DNA of 64,000 bases from Torpedo marmorata (Eukaryota), in contig OZ360230.1 in the NCBI GenBank assembly GCA_977017645.1, forward strand, positions 39,928,001-39,992,000, written 5' to 3'. Both the position numbers and the translations under genes were made by a program. Shown here piece after piece: positions 12,590 through 24,972 of this stretch. The notes under the pieces were generated by a model. It saw only the letters and a list, made by a program, of their open reading frames with translations. It was not told the DNA's origin and searched no databases. Positions within the stretch are counted from its first letter, which is position 1. The number at the start of each line of letters is the position of its first letter.

Positions 12590-14942
12590 TTCATGGAGGC
12601 GATCTGGGAACTGTGTGGGGCTATAGGCGAACTGCAGACCGCACACCCTGATGGACTGCTGATTATCGTTGGCGACTTCAACCAGGCAAACCTCAAGTCA
12701 GGGCTACCAAAATTCCATCAGTATGTAGACTTTGCTACGAGAGGGGCGAACGCGTTGGATCTTGTGTTCACGAACATTTCCGGCGCGTATCGGACGCAGC
12801 CCAGCCCCACCTCAGATACTCAGACCATATCTCAGTAATGCTAACCCCAGCATACAGACCGCTCGCCAGACGCTCCAGACCAGTTCGGAAGCAGGTTAAA
12901 ACCTGGCCAGCAGGTGCCATCCATGCACTTCAGGACTGCTTTGAGCGTACTGATTGGCACATGTTCAGGGAAGCAGCAACCGATGGCGACTGCATCAATC
13001 TGGAGGAGTATACGGCATCAGTGACTAGCTACATTAGCAAGTGTACTGACGAAGTCACTGTGCCCAAGACCATCATTACTCACTCTAATCAGAAGCCAGG
13101 GATGACTGCGGAGGTGCGTGTGCTGCTGAGGAGCCAAAACTCTGCCCTCAGTGCGGGCGACAAGGTAACCCTAGCTATTGCGAGCCAAGCTGTCTAAGGC
13201 CATCAGGGAGGCAAACCGTGCACATGCCCAGCGAATTCAGAGTCACTTTCAGGACAGTAAGGACACGCGACGCATGTGGAAGGGCATTCAAGATATCACC
13301 AACCACAAAACTACACCATCTGACTGTGCTGGTGATGCTTCCCTCCCAGATGCACTGAACAACTTCTACGCGCGTTTTGAGGCGAAAAATGATGTAGTGG
13401 CAAAGAAGACAACCCCTCCTCCAAATGATCAGGTGCTGTGTTTCACAGTGGCTGACGTGAGGAGAGTGTTAAGCAAGGTTAACCCACGGAAAGCTGCTGG
13501 TCCAGATAACATTCCCGGCAGAGTGCTCAGGGCATGTGCGGCCCAGCTGGCTGATGTTCTCACCGACATCTTTAACATCTCCCTGACCAGTGCCGTGGTA
13601 CCAACGTGCTTCAAAGCCACTACCATCATCCCCGTGCCAAAGAAGTCGACGGTGTCCTGCCTCAATGACTACCTCCCTGTCGCACTCACATCTACTGTCA
13701 TGAAGTGCTTCGAGAGGCTCGTCATGGGGCACATCAAGCTTCTGCTGCCCCCCTCACTGGACCCCCTGCAGTTCGCATATAGATCACACCACTCCACGGA
13801 TGATGCCATCATTACCACCCTCCACCTAGCCCTCACCCACCTGGAAAATAAGGACACGTATGTTCGAATGCTGTTTATTGACTTCAGCTCGGCATTCAAC
13901 ACGATCATACCTCAGTACCTGATAGGGAAGTTGAGCGGGCTGGGCCTAAACTACACCCTCTGTAATTGGATTCTAGACTTCCTGACGGGAAGACCTCAGG
14001 CAGTCCGGATTGGAAACAGCATTTCTAAGGTCATAACATTGGGCACGGGGGCTCCCCAGGGCTGTGTGCTTAGTCCATTGCTGTTCACCCTGCTGACTCA
14101 TGACTGTGCAGCAAAACACAACTCGAATCACATCATCAAGTTCGCTGATGATACGACCGTGGTGGGCCTTATCAGCAAGAATGATGAGTCAGCATACAGA
14201 GATGCAGTGCAGTCGCTAATGGAATGGTGCGGAGCCAACAACCTGCATCTGAATGTAAACAAAACAAAAGAGTTGGTTGTCGACTTCAGAAGGGCCCGGG
14301 GGGATCATTCTCCATTGACCATGGACGGCTCTACCGTTGAGGTCGTGAAGAGTACCAAGTTTTTTGGAGTGCACTTGGCGGAGAGTCTCAGCAGGTCCCT
14401 CAACACCAGTTCCATAGTCAAGAAAGCCCAGCAGCGTCTTTACTTCCTGCGAAGGCTGAGGAAAGTTCATCTTCCACCCCCTATCCTTACTACATTCCAC
14501 AGGGGATGTATTGAGAGTATTCTGAGCAATTGCATCACCGCTTGGTTTGGAAACTGTACCATCTCGGACCGAAAGACCCTGCAGAGGATAGTGGGGTCAG
14601 CGGATAAAAATATTGGTGTCTCTCTCCCCACCATGACGGACATCTACAACACACGATGCATGAGGAAGGCTAAAAACATTGTGAAAGACTTCTCACACCC
14701 CCTTGGTAAACTTTTTTCCCTTTTGCCATCTGGAAGGAGGTACTGAAGCACTCGGGCTCGTACGTCCAGACTGTGCAACAGTTTTTTCCCCCAAGCCATC
14801 AGGCTCCTCAATTCCTAGATATATATGTGTATTAGCATGTTATAGTTTTTTTTATTGTATTATTGGTCCTGGAGAAACGCTATCTCGTCTTACTGTGTAT
14901 ATGGTAATGAACGACAAATAAAGGTGACTTGACTTGACTTGA
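12590..14942 (+). mobile_element. Rex1/Babar non-LTR retrotransposon, 5'-truncated
   Basis: APE end ([10 protein letters not shown]), RT motifs [34 protein letters not shown] and KFADDTT; 3' aataaag(gtgactt)(gactt)n tail. Confidence 0.95.
13178..14746 (+). CDS. Rex1/Babar reverse transcriptase ORF (522 aa; frameshifted upstream, premature stop at its end)
   Basis: Open RT domain including FADD. Confidence 0.85.
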   Translation: MRAKLSKAIREANRAHAQRIQSHFQDSKDTRRMWKGIQDITNHKTTPSDCAGDASLPDALNNFYARFEAKNDVVAKKTTPPPNDQVLCFTVADVRRVLSKVNPRKAAGPDNIPGRVLRACAAQLADVLTDIFNISLTSAVVPTCFKATTIIPVPKKSTVSCLNDYLPVALTSTVMKCFERLVMGHIKLLLPPSLDPLQFAYRSHHSTDDAIITTLHLALTHLENKDTYVRMLFIDFSSAFNTIIPQYLIGKLSGLGLNYTLCNWILDFLTGRPQAVRIGNSISKVITLGTGAPQGCVLSPLLFTLLTHDCAAKHNSNHIIKFADDTTVVGLISKNDESAYRDAVQSLMEWCGANNLHLNVNKTKELVVDFRRARGDHSPLTMDGSTVEVVKSTKFFGVHLAESLSRSLNTSSIVKKAQQRLYFLRRLRKVHLPPPILTTFHRGCIESILSNCITAWFGNCTISDRKTLQRIVGSADKNIGVSLPTMTDIYNTRCMRKAKNIVKDFSHPLGKLFSLLPSGRRY

Positions 14943-14977
14943 TGTGTACCTTGACCTGGATTTTATTTGACAATAAT

Positions 14978-15224
14978 GGGGCAGCAGTTAGCGCAGTGGT
15001 TAGCGCAATGCTATTACAGCGCCAGCGATCCGGGTTCGAATCCAGCACTGTCTGTAATGAGTTTGAACGTTCTCCCCACGTCTGCGTGGATTTCCTCCGG
15101 GCGCTCCGGTTTCCTCCCACCTTTCAAAATCGTACCGAGTTCGTAGGTCAATTGGGTATTTGGGCGGCATGGGCTCGTGGGCCAAAAGGGCCCGATATTG
15201 TGCTGTATGTCTAAACTTAAATTA
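14978..15224 (+). mobile_element. tRNA SINE (HE1/V-SINE-like)
   Basis: A box tagcgcagtgg, B box ggttcgaatcc, V-core. Confidence 0.9.
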
Positions 15225-16544
15225 ACAGTTATTATTATGCAGAACTCCAGCAATGACACCAGTGCCCAAACTTGCTCAATGAAATGTGGAAGATACTTCA
15301 AAAATACGGTGGTCCTCCACACGTCATATGCCACAGTCTTCGCTGACGAACACGATCTTTACAATGTCATACACAAATTGCTGCTTTGTCCACTGACTTA
15401 CAGAACAAAAAACATTGAGGCTGTTGAATTAAAGAAGTAGATGTTTAACAATATAATAAATAATAATTACTATTAAACATGTTCTCTCATCAAGGATGAA
15501 TTTAATTAGTTTGAAGGTTTCAAATGAAAATAAATATTTACTTTTACTTACCTGCGGTGTCTGTCACTCTCTTTTAATCTCATCTTTCTCACTGGGTTTT
15601 TGTTTTCTTTGTGAACATCATTTTAACCAAATTTATATTTCCTGGGCCTCTGGATGATGGCGACAAGGAGAATACCTCCCTCTACCATCTTCCTTTTCCT
15701 ATAGTAGTCATGCTGTCATTGCATTATACCCTCTGGAGCACACCCTACCAGCCCCTCAAAGCCCAAACAACAGAAAGACCAACATCCTGAGCTCTGACAG
15801 CTGCATCATCTCATTCCATTATCAATTCTCTCCTGATTCACTCTTAAGGCAGCAAATTTTAAAATGTCACCATTTATAAATCCTTTCAGAGATTTCCCCA
15901 ATCTTCTTCAGCCCTGGATATGAACCAGTGTACAACTCTCTTACAAGAATGGGGGCCTTTGTATTTCTTCAAATGTTTCTATGACTTTTCAAACTTCCAA
16001 AATTCTTCTCTTTTAAATAAACTCTAAGTAATCCTCTCTAAATACTATAGTCAGCAGTAGTAAACCCCAGCCAGAGAGCTCAAGGCTGCTTCGCTCTTAA
16101 CATGTTCACTGAAGGAAAATACTACATGAAATTGTTTCAAAAGCCTTCTCATAAATGGAAATAATTCCCATTTAGCACCTAATAGGTTAAAATATTGTCA
16201 GATCAATTTTATTTTGTGGAGCAAATTCCCATCCCATTTTATACTTTGTATAAATTTAAAGCATATGTTTCATGTGTTAAATAAGGCTCTGGGTTTTGCT
16301 TATAGTTTCCTTGTTTGTTTTGAGTATCAAAGCTAATGTATCATTAAGTGCTTAACTCGAGCAATGCATGCTATATTGACACATTTTATTACTACAGTGT
16401 ACCATCATTAATTCCTAATATGAATGTTGTACAGCCTGAAGGGTGTTGAGTACAACCTAAAAAGTCATTTCACGTTCTCCACCATTCTGCCTTGGAGAAT
16501 TTTGGAAATTCTTTTCAATATCCAATTTTTCTTGTATTATAGTA

Positions 16545-18125
16545 CACAAAAAAAGGTGGAGGAACTCAGCAGGTTTCGCAGCGTCCATAAGAGGTAAAGA
16601 CATTTAACCAACGTTTCGGGTCTGAGCCCCTCTTCAAGGTATGAGCAAAAAGCAGGCAGGCGCCTGAATAAAAAGGCTGGGGGAGAAGCATAGGCCAACA
16701 GACAAAAGGTGATAAATTGGACATAGATAGGAGGACAAGAGAGGAAAGGTAAGAATTGATCAGGAGAGGGGTGTGGCTCTGTGAGCTGGAGGAAAGGAGA
16801 CAGATGGAGAGGGAGGGAATGAGAGGGGAGAGAGCTATAGAAAAGAAGACATATGGATAGGGAAAGAGAGAGATGTTGGGAGGGGGGGGGGTGCTAACAG
16901 AAACCAGAGAAGTCGATGTCAATGCCTTCCAGTTGGAGGGCGCCCAGATGGAACATGAAGTGTTGTTCCTCCAATTTGCAGGTGGTCTCAGTCTGGCTGT
17001 GCATGAGACCATGGACAGACATATCGGCATGGGAATGGGGTGAGGAATTGAAATGGGTTTCCATTGGAAGATCCCCGCTATTGCGGCAGACAGATCGAAG
17101 GTACTCAGTAAAGTGATCTCCCAGTCTGTGTCTAGTCCCTCTGATGCAGAGGAGACCACAACGGGAGCACCAGATCAGCAAATACAGATTCACAAGTGAA
17201 GTGTTCCTTCACCTGGAAGGTTCACCCAGGGCTCTGAACGGTGGTGAGCAAGGACGTGTGTGTGCAAGTGTAGCACTTCCTGCAGTCACAGGGGTAGGTA
17301 CAAAGGGGGCAATTAGTGGGAAAAGGTGAGTGGACAAGGGCGTCATGGAGGGAGCGGACCCTGCATAACACGGAGAAGGGAGGAGAGGGGAAAATGCGTT
17401 TGGCAGGGGACCACACTGTAGGTGGCGGAGGATGATATGTTGGATGCAGAGGCTGGTGGGGCAGCAGGCAAGGACAAGGGGAACTCTTCCCCCATTGTGC
17501 CTGGGGTCAGAGGTGGCCAGGGCAGATGTGTGGGTAATGGAGGATGTGCAGGTGAGGGCCAAGTTGATGGTAGGAGAGGGAAAGTCACGTTTTTTTGAAG
17601 GAGGACATCTCAGGTGATCTCGCATGGAAGACTTCATCCTGAGAGCAGACACGGCAGAAATGGAGGAACTGCAAAAAAGGAACGGAATCCCTACAGGAGA
17701 CAGGGAGTGAAGATGTGTAGTCGAGTAGCTGTGGGAGTTGGTGGGCTTGTAGAAAATATCTGTCGAGAGTTTGTCTCCTGAGATGGAGACAGAGATCGAG
17801 AAAGGGGAGAGTGTTGCTAGAGATGAACCGAGTGAATTTGAGGTCAGGGAGGAAGTTGGCAGCAAAATGGATAAAGTGGACAAGCTCATCATGGGTGCAT
17901 GAGGCAGCACCAATGTAGTCGTCAATGAAGAGGAGGGTGAGTTGAGGAGCCTTGCCTGTGTAGGTTTGTAGCATGGCTCCACATAGCTAACCAAAAGGCA
18001 GACATAGCTGCGACCCATGTGGGTACCCATGGCTACCCCTTTGACTTGGAGAAAGTGAGTCAAAGGAGAAGTTATTGAGGGTGAGGACAAGTTCTGCCAG
18101 CAAGAGGAGGGTGGTGATGGTGGGT
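16545..18125 (-). mobile_element. Penelope-like element: degenerate RT, GIY-YIG endonuclease and terminal repeat
   Basis: GVAMGTHMG and FIDDYIG RT motifs; C..CGLL..GTR..LGDHFTEYLRS..HFN..H..EQH endonuclease; hammerhead-like motif at about 16610-16640. Confidence 0.92.
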
Positions 18126-19489
18126 CTTTTGTCGAGGATAAGTAGTATTATCACTGCTTTCACATTTATGGAACTAGATCTTTTTCTTTTCTTTCAATAG
18201 ATTCCAGTCTCACATTTTTGAATGGTTCACTATTTTTTTTTTAACCCGTATTCCTTTTCTTTTTAAGAAAGTTTCATTATTAAAGTCTGCGTCCATGTGT
18301 AGTGAGAACAGTTGGGTTGAAAATTGTGCAGCCTGCTTTTCTGCACATTCTGAGAACAAACCTCAATTTTTCAGACCAATCTCGGCAAAGCAGGCAAAGA
18401 TCATTATCGTCATAGGACAGCAGTAGATAAGAGTCTGCTTTAAGTTTGCTTCCAAATTCAAGCAAAATGTAAAATCACCTTAAGGCACCCACTGACCTTC
18501 AAATGACCAGTGTCTGCCAAATAGTTGCAGCATTGAAAGAGCAGCTGTAGAAGAGATTCATCAAAACAAAGCAACTCTGACAGAGAACCATAACTCAATT
18601 ACTCTTAGCTGGAAATCTCCCACAGTTGAGTAAAGGAGCAAATAAAGGTGCACAGGACACACACATTCTTCAGTTCATGGTTGTATTATCACTGCATTCT
18701 CTATGACAGCACAATTTCAAAGATCAGTTACAGAAGATTTAGCACTTTTCGTATTATAAAATCTCATTGTATAACAGAACAATTTAGTGCTCTGCACCTC
18801 TATTTTCATATTACAGCTCAAATTCACAAAGCCACTCATCAAACTTCATTCTTCTTAAGTAATAACTTAAAGAACGAGTTGCTGTGAGACAAATGGAAAA
18901 GACTTTTGAGAATCCTTTTTATTACTATCCCATGAATAAGGATTGCAGTTAGCTTGATGTGCCTTGTCTTTAACCAAGGCAGTGTGTTAAAAATGTAATA
19001 TCAATCTGTTTCCCATCATGTAACATCTGCACAAGAGGACATACTGTAACTATTTAATTTGAAATGTTAAAGAGTCTGAGAAATGAGCAAACATAAAGGG
19101 CCCTTGGGTGTCCAAAGCTGTCTGGGAGGAAAGTGCAACATTTCCAGCTTTCAACGTGTTTTACTTGGGTTCAAACTTTTAATCTCCAAGATATGGACAA
19201 GCAAATATTTCTGACATAGTTTTCGGAGCCACCATTTTGTATAATGAGAAGCTTTGCCATGTTAAAATGTCCAAATATTGCACGAGAACAAGATTAAGGC
19301 TATTTCAACTTGATTTCAAATTCAGCTGCTATTTATCAAGAGCCTTCTGTCTCAGGACAGAAATTTGAAGGGTAGTTCTGCAAGTAAGCATGAAAATGTA
19401 TCTAGGACGAGTAATGAAAATATATTTCACATTGGGCAAAATGAATGCCAAATATTAGACATATTCTTCACTCTCTTAGTTGTACTTGC

Positions 19490-19945
19490 AGTTTTGATTG
19501 TCCAGCTATAGGAAAGATGTCATTAAGCAGGAAAGGGTGCCGAAAGATTCATGAGGAGGTAACCGGGACTGCAGGATTTGAGCTATGAGGAGAGGCTGGA
19601 TAGATTGGGGCTTTACTCCCTGGAGCATAGAAGGCTAAGGCATGACCCCATAAGAGGTATTTCAAATCATGAGGGGAATAGTCTTTTTCCCCAATGTAGG
19701 GGAATCTAAACCTGGAGGGCATATATTTAAGATGAGAGGGGAAATATTTAAAAGGGACCTGAAGGGCACTCTTTTTACAGAGGGTGTTGGGTATATGGAA
19801 CAAGCTGTCGGAGGAAGCTGTAGAGTACAACTGTATCGTTTACATAGGACATTTGGACATAGACATGGATAGGACAGGATTATGGGCCAAACACGGGCAA
19901 ATGGGACTAGCTCAGGTAGACAACATGGACAAGTTGGACCAAAGA
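19490..19945 (+). mobile_element. CR1 3' fragment
   Basis: LSYEERLDRLGLYSLEHRRLR motif and CR1 3' UTR. Confidence 0.78.
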
Positions 19946-20044
19946 ACTGATCTCAGTAATGGCAACAATGAAACCATCAGATTGTCCAAAAACTCCATCT
20001 GGTAATGCCTTTCAGGGAAGTAAGTCTACCATCCTTTTATAACC

Positions 20045-20240
20045 AAAAACTGCAACTACTGGAGTTCTGAAATAAGAACAGAAAAAGTTGGAAGAACTCG
20101 GCTGGTTGGCAACATCTGCGGAGGGAGAAACAGAATGAGTGCTTCCTGTCAATGGCCTTTCATCAGAACAGGATATTTTTCTCTCTCCGTAGATACTGCC
20201 TGGATTTCTGAGAACATTCAGCATTTTCTGTTTGTACCTC
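20045..20240. repeat. Degenerate palindromic Penelope-terminus derivative (similar pieces at about 4570-4680, 46590-46810, 51500-51615, 53690-53790)
   Basis: ggaagaactc...ttcatcag...ctgcctg...cagcattttctg architecture. Confidence 0.55.
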
Positions 20241-20641
20241 AATCTAACATGTGACTCGAAACCCACGGATGCATCTTTCAACTAACTCCTCAGTTCAGGA
20301 GCAATTAGAAATGGATAATAAATGTTAGTGATAAAAGTTTAAATGTTCTTGTAATAACTAATTACAAGAACCCAATAACTCTCCCTTTCCATCCAGTGAT
20401 AATTAAGATACTGGATTGTTATTAAAAACCTATCTGGTTCATTAATGTCCTTCAGAGGAAAAAATCTGCCATTATTACTCAGGCTGTGATTCCCAATTGC
20501 TAACTCGTGATAGAGCACTCTGTTTCAAGGGTAAATAGGGATGGGGGAAAAAAAGTGCTGGTCCTGCTTGTGCATCGTCATTACATGAATGAATAAAACG
20601 TTTGTAAAATTATGCATTACCTGCAAGACATAAGCCATAAG

Positions 20642-20925
20642 TAAACACGAAAATCTGTAGACACCATGGTTGAAGTAAAAAACACAAAAGCTGGAGAACT
20701 CAGCAGGTCAAACAGTGTCTTTTATGTAGCAAAGGTAGAAATACATAATCAACGTTTCGGGCTTGAGCCCTTCATCAAAGTATGAGAAAATGCCGGCAGG
20801 CGTCCGAACAAAGGAGTGAGGGGGGAAGGGGGGTGGCAAAGGCAGGAGATGATAGGTGGAGAAAGGAGGGAGGGGACAGCAGCAAAGAGGGGGAGGAGGG
20901 ATGGCTGGGTGGGTGGAAAAAAAAA
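20642..20925 (-). mobile_element. Solo Penelope terminal repeat with hammerhead motif
   Basis: Near-identical to the reverse complement of about 56030-56310. Confidence 0.9.
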
Positions 20926-21529
20926 GACATAAGCCATATTTTACAGAACCCTTTTATAACACCCACAACACCGGTAGCATCTCAACCTTAGTTTCAGCTC
21001 CTCCCAGAATTTTCCTGCATTAACCCATACTATCTCCCCATGAGCTAATAGACCTCACCTGTTGCTCTACATCGATAATGGAACAAAAATCCCAATTTAA
21101 AATGTTCTATTCTACTGTTCACAGGATTTTTTACTTCCCATCTCTAGAGCACACTCCACCTCTTCAACTTCTACACACCCACCACTCCTTCAATTCTTAG
21201 CTTGCATATTGACCACCTCCCTGATCCAGCTTTGGAGACCCCAAGATCTGGTATGCTCTCTCAAAATCTCATTTGCTAGTCCTTCCTCCTTAAAAAAACA
21301 CTTCCAAAGGCTACCTCTCAACACGTTACACATCTGTAAAGTGTTTTTGGATACTATCGCCCTGCAAAAGGAACAATATAAAACAGAATTGCTTTTGTGA
21401 ATTGTGTTTTCCAGATGAAAGTGAAGAAAAGTATATACTAATTTTTATATTCTTATTCGCAATGTACAACTAGATAATTAACAGATCTAATCTTAACAAA
21501 TAATGTACAAAAGCAGAGAAAATTACCTG

Positions 21530-22063
21530 AGACTGCAGCAGGATATTGTGCACAGTTATGGTCGCAATGCTATACGGATATAATTAAGCTGGAGAAGATG
21601 CATAAAAGATTCAAAAGGACGTTGCCAGGATTATAAGGCTTAAGATAGATGGAAATACTGGATAAGATAGGATTGTTTTCACTGGAGTTCAGGAGGCTGA
21701 GGGGTGACATTTTAGCAGTTTATAAAATCATGAGGGGCAAAGATAATGTGGGGGAGTCTAAAACTAGGAGACATAGGTTTAAGCTGAGAGAGGAAAGATT
21801 CAAAACAGGGCCTGAGTGGTAGTTTTTTTTTCCCCCCACACAGAGGGTGGTGGGTATATGGATTGACCTGCCAGAGGTGTGGTAGAAGCAAGTACAATTG
21901 TTTAAAATGTTTAAAAGACGCTTGAACATGTTCATTGATCGAAAAGGTTTAGAGGGATAGGGGCTAAATGCAGAGAAACAGGCTAACTCAGGAAGCCACC
22001 TTTGTTGACATGGAGATTTGGGCCAAAGGCCCTGTTTCCATACTGTATAACTCTGTGACTCTA
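21530..22063 (+). mobile_element. CR1 3' fragment
   Basis: GLFSLEFRRLRGD motif and CR1 tail ctctgtgactcta. Confidence 0.75.
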
Positions 22064-23192
22064 AGTTTCCTCAACAAAAAAGGCAACCCATTAGGCTGAA
22101 AATGTGAATAATATTATCCAGGGAGTTGTCCTAATAGGAGCTTGGTCTATCACTAGTTCATTGTGTTTTAGATTCTTACATGCAGCTGAGAAAAAAAAAC
22201 AACACAAAGATACAAGCACAAGTTTGAAATGGTACTTTCAACTTGTCGTGTCGCCACATTAAAAGTAAAAACATATTGGGAATGAGTATTCAGATCCTGT
22301 TTACTGGTCCTGTGCAGTTCAGCCTCAAGCTTCACCAATTACTATTAATAAAAGTGCTGTAGCTAAAAGTAGAATGCGAATAGATCAAGTCACTTTCCTC
22401 ACAGTGCTGTGATGACAATGATCAGCATCTCTGTCAATGTTGCAAACTGTGAACTAAGTCTTATCTGATCTCATGATAACCAATTATGCCCTGATAATTC
22501 AGAAACTACGTGGCATCTATCATCCATCTGTCTTGTCAAACAGTCTCTAAACCATTCCTAGTCTCGCTGTTAAACCAGACACTGAAGTTCTCGTAAAAGA
22601 ATGTGCCCTGCTGCAATTATACATGATTCAATTTTTTAAACCTGAATTTCAATTTTTACCTATGTAGGTTCTTACATATTACTAAGTTAGAGCCCCTTGC
22701 CAACTCTATGATCTTTTAGCAGAGTACTTTAGTCTCTGAACAGGGCACAGACTACAACAAATTCATCCAATTATTGGCCTACTGAAATTAATACCCTTTC
22801 CATATACTTTGTTTCAAGAGATGCTAAATTCTGCCCTAAAGTTATCATATTCCTTTCATGAACATCTTAATTTCATTCATTTAGTTTTCTAAGTATTTTC
22901 TTTGGAACCCATGTGAAGTTCAGCTATTATTTTGGCTATAGTATATTTGCAAACTATATATTTTTTAAATTCATGCTCAGAAAATTCACTGGTAAATCAG
23001 TCATTGGTAACAGTGAGCAGTCTGACAATAATGGTGAGATGGGAAGAGTTAAGAGAACTGGTGGTAGAATCAGAATCAGAATTTATTGTCATGAACAAGT
23101 CATGAAATTCGGTGTTTTGCGTTAGTTAGTTAGTCTCATAGATGTAACAATCTAGTCTTCTCTGAATTCAGAAAGCAATTTTATTGCAAATA

Positions 23193-23462
23193 TGGTGGCA
23201 CGGTTAGCATAGTGGCTAGCGCGACGCTATTACAATGCCAGCGACCCGGTTTTGAATCCAGCACTGTCTGTAAGGAGTTTGTACGTTCTCTGTGTCTTCA
23301 TGGGTTTCCTCTGGTTTTCTCCCACCTTTCAAAACATACAGGGTTTGTAGGTTAATTGGGGTATTTGGGCAGCATGGGCTCGTGGGCCAGAAGGGCCTGT
23401 TACTGTGCTGTATGTCCAAATTAAAAATATTTAAAAAATTTAAATTAAAATTACAAATTAAA
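23193..23462 (+). mobile_element. tRNA SINE
   Basis: Same family; A-rich (ttaaa) tail. Confidence 0.85.
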
Positions 23463-23929
23463 TATCCAAAGTTGTGGAGATTCAGTTATCTGCCATAAAT
23501 GTCCAGATACATTAATGGGACATGGGATCAGAGTTGGACACGAGCAGAGTGCCAGGATGTCAAGGGATCAGTCAAGGGTAAAAATGAGCAAAATTAAGAG
23601 CCATGCACCAGCTATAACGAAGAGAGCCAATGAGTAGACAACTGAGATTTTAAAATGCAAATGCACAAGAATTGGAATTTTGTTTTCTGAAGCAGAGAAA
23701 ATGTGGCTGAGAAGGGGAAGGGGATATTGTGGAGAGCAATGTGAGCAGCAACATCAAGGGAGTTTATATTAAAGGAGATATTAAGGTAGGAAAAGAGAAT
23801 TAACTCGTGACTGATTTAGAGGCGGAATCACTTGAGAAATCACATAGTGCAGAGCCTGAAGGTGGAAAGCAGCTACATTACTTTGGTGAGAAAATGTGGA
23901 AATTCTGCTTGGGTGGCATTAAAGAACAA

Positions 23930-24190
23930 ATTTAGACTGAACCTAGAACAGTAATGCACATGAACAGGCCCTTCAGCCCACACGTGTGCCAAACATGATG
24001 TCCAAATCAAACTGAAACATTGCTACTTGCACCTGATAAATATCCCCCCATCCCCTTCATATTCATGTGTCTATCTAAGTCTCTTAAATGCTACTCCTGT
24101 ATCTGGTTCCACCACTGCTCTTGGCATCTACCACTCTCTGTAAAAAAGAACTTGCCCCACACATGTCCCTTAAACTTCCTCCTCCTCACT
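23930..24190 (-). mobile_element. CR1 3' UTR fragment
   Basis: acaggcccttcagccca head and CR1 UTR similarity. Confidence 0.55.
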
Positions 24191-24719
24191 TAGACAAGTT
24201 CACTCCCATTTTTAGTTCAGAAAATTGAGGGACAAAATGATAGGGTCATGTCATTTTGTTGACTGAAATATCATTAAATTCCCAAAATAAAGATGCATGT
24301 TTATTAGACAGAATAAACTCCCAGTGGCATGATAGTATGCCTTAACATTAGATTACTTCAAGAGGTATTTCAAGTACTTTCACAAACTCTTGCTCAAAGC
24401 AAAGGAACAAATAAGAAAACACATAAAATAAGGGGAAGCCCTTCTGTTCATGCTGGACAAAAATGGGCTTTAGAGTAATGCTGGCTCCCCGACCCTGTTC
24501 ATTGTCTTGAGGATCTTCAGATGCACATCTAGTACTTCTTAAATACTGGAAATTAAAAAAAATCATAGTTGCTGAAAACACTCTATTACTTTTTATTTAC
24601 ATAAAAAACTAACTAGTTCATTGATATCTTCCGATAGACTAAAACGTTCTCTTTATCACTCTAACAACTTTGGTATCATCCGCAGACTTCTTAACCGTGG
24701 CTCCTATTTTTAAATGCTA

Positions 24720-24972
24720 ATTTTTAAATTTAGGCATACAGCATGGTAACAGGCCCTTTCGGCCCACGAGCCCGTACTGCCCAATTACACCTAATTGACC
24801 TTCAACCCCTGGTATATTTTGAACGGTGGGAGGAAACCGGAGCCCTGGAGGAAACCCACGCAGACACAGGGAGAACATACAAACTCCTTACAGGCAGCGC
24901 GGGATTCGAACCCCGATCCAGATTGCTGGCGCTGTAACAGCGTTGTGTTAACCGCTACGCTAACCGTGCCGC
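24720..24972 (-). mobile_element. tRNA SINE
   Basis: Same family as 831-1084. Confidence 0.9.

Noticed and set aside
14978-15050. tRNA-like A and B boxes
   Set aside because: They are the head of a multi-copy SINE, not a tRNA gene
15551-15700. Minus-strand splice donor CAG|GTAAGT suggesting a host exon
   Set aside because: All frames from the nearby acceptors contain stops and no peptide is recognisable
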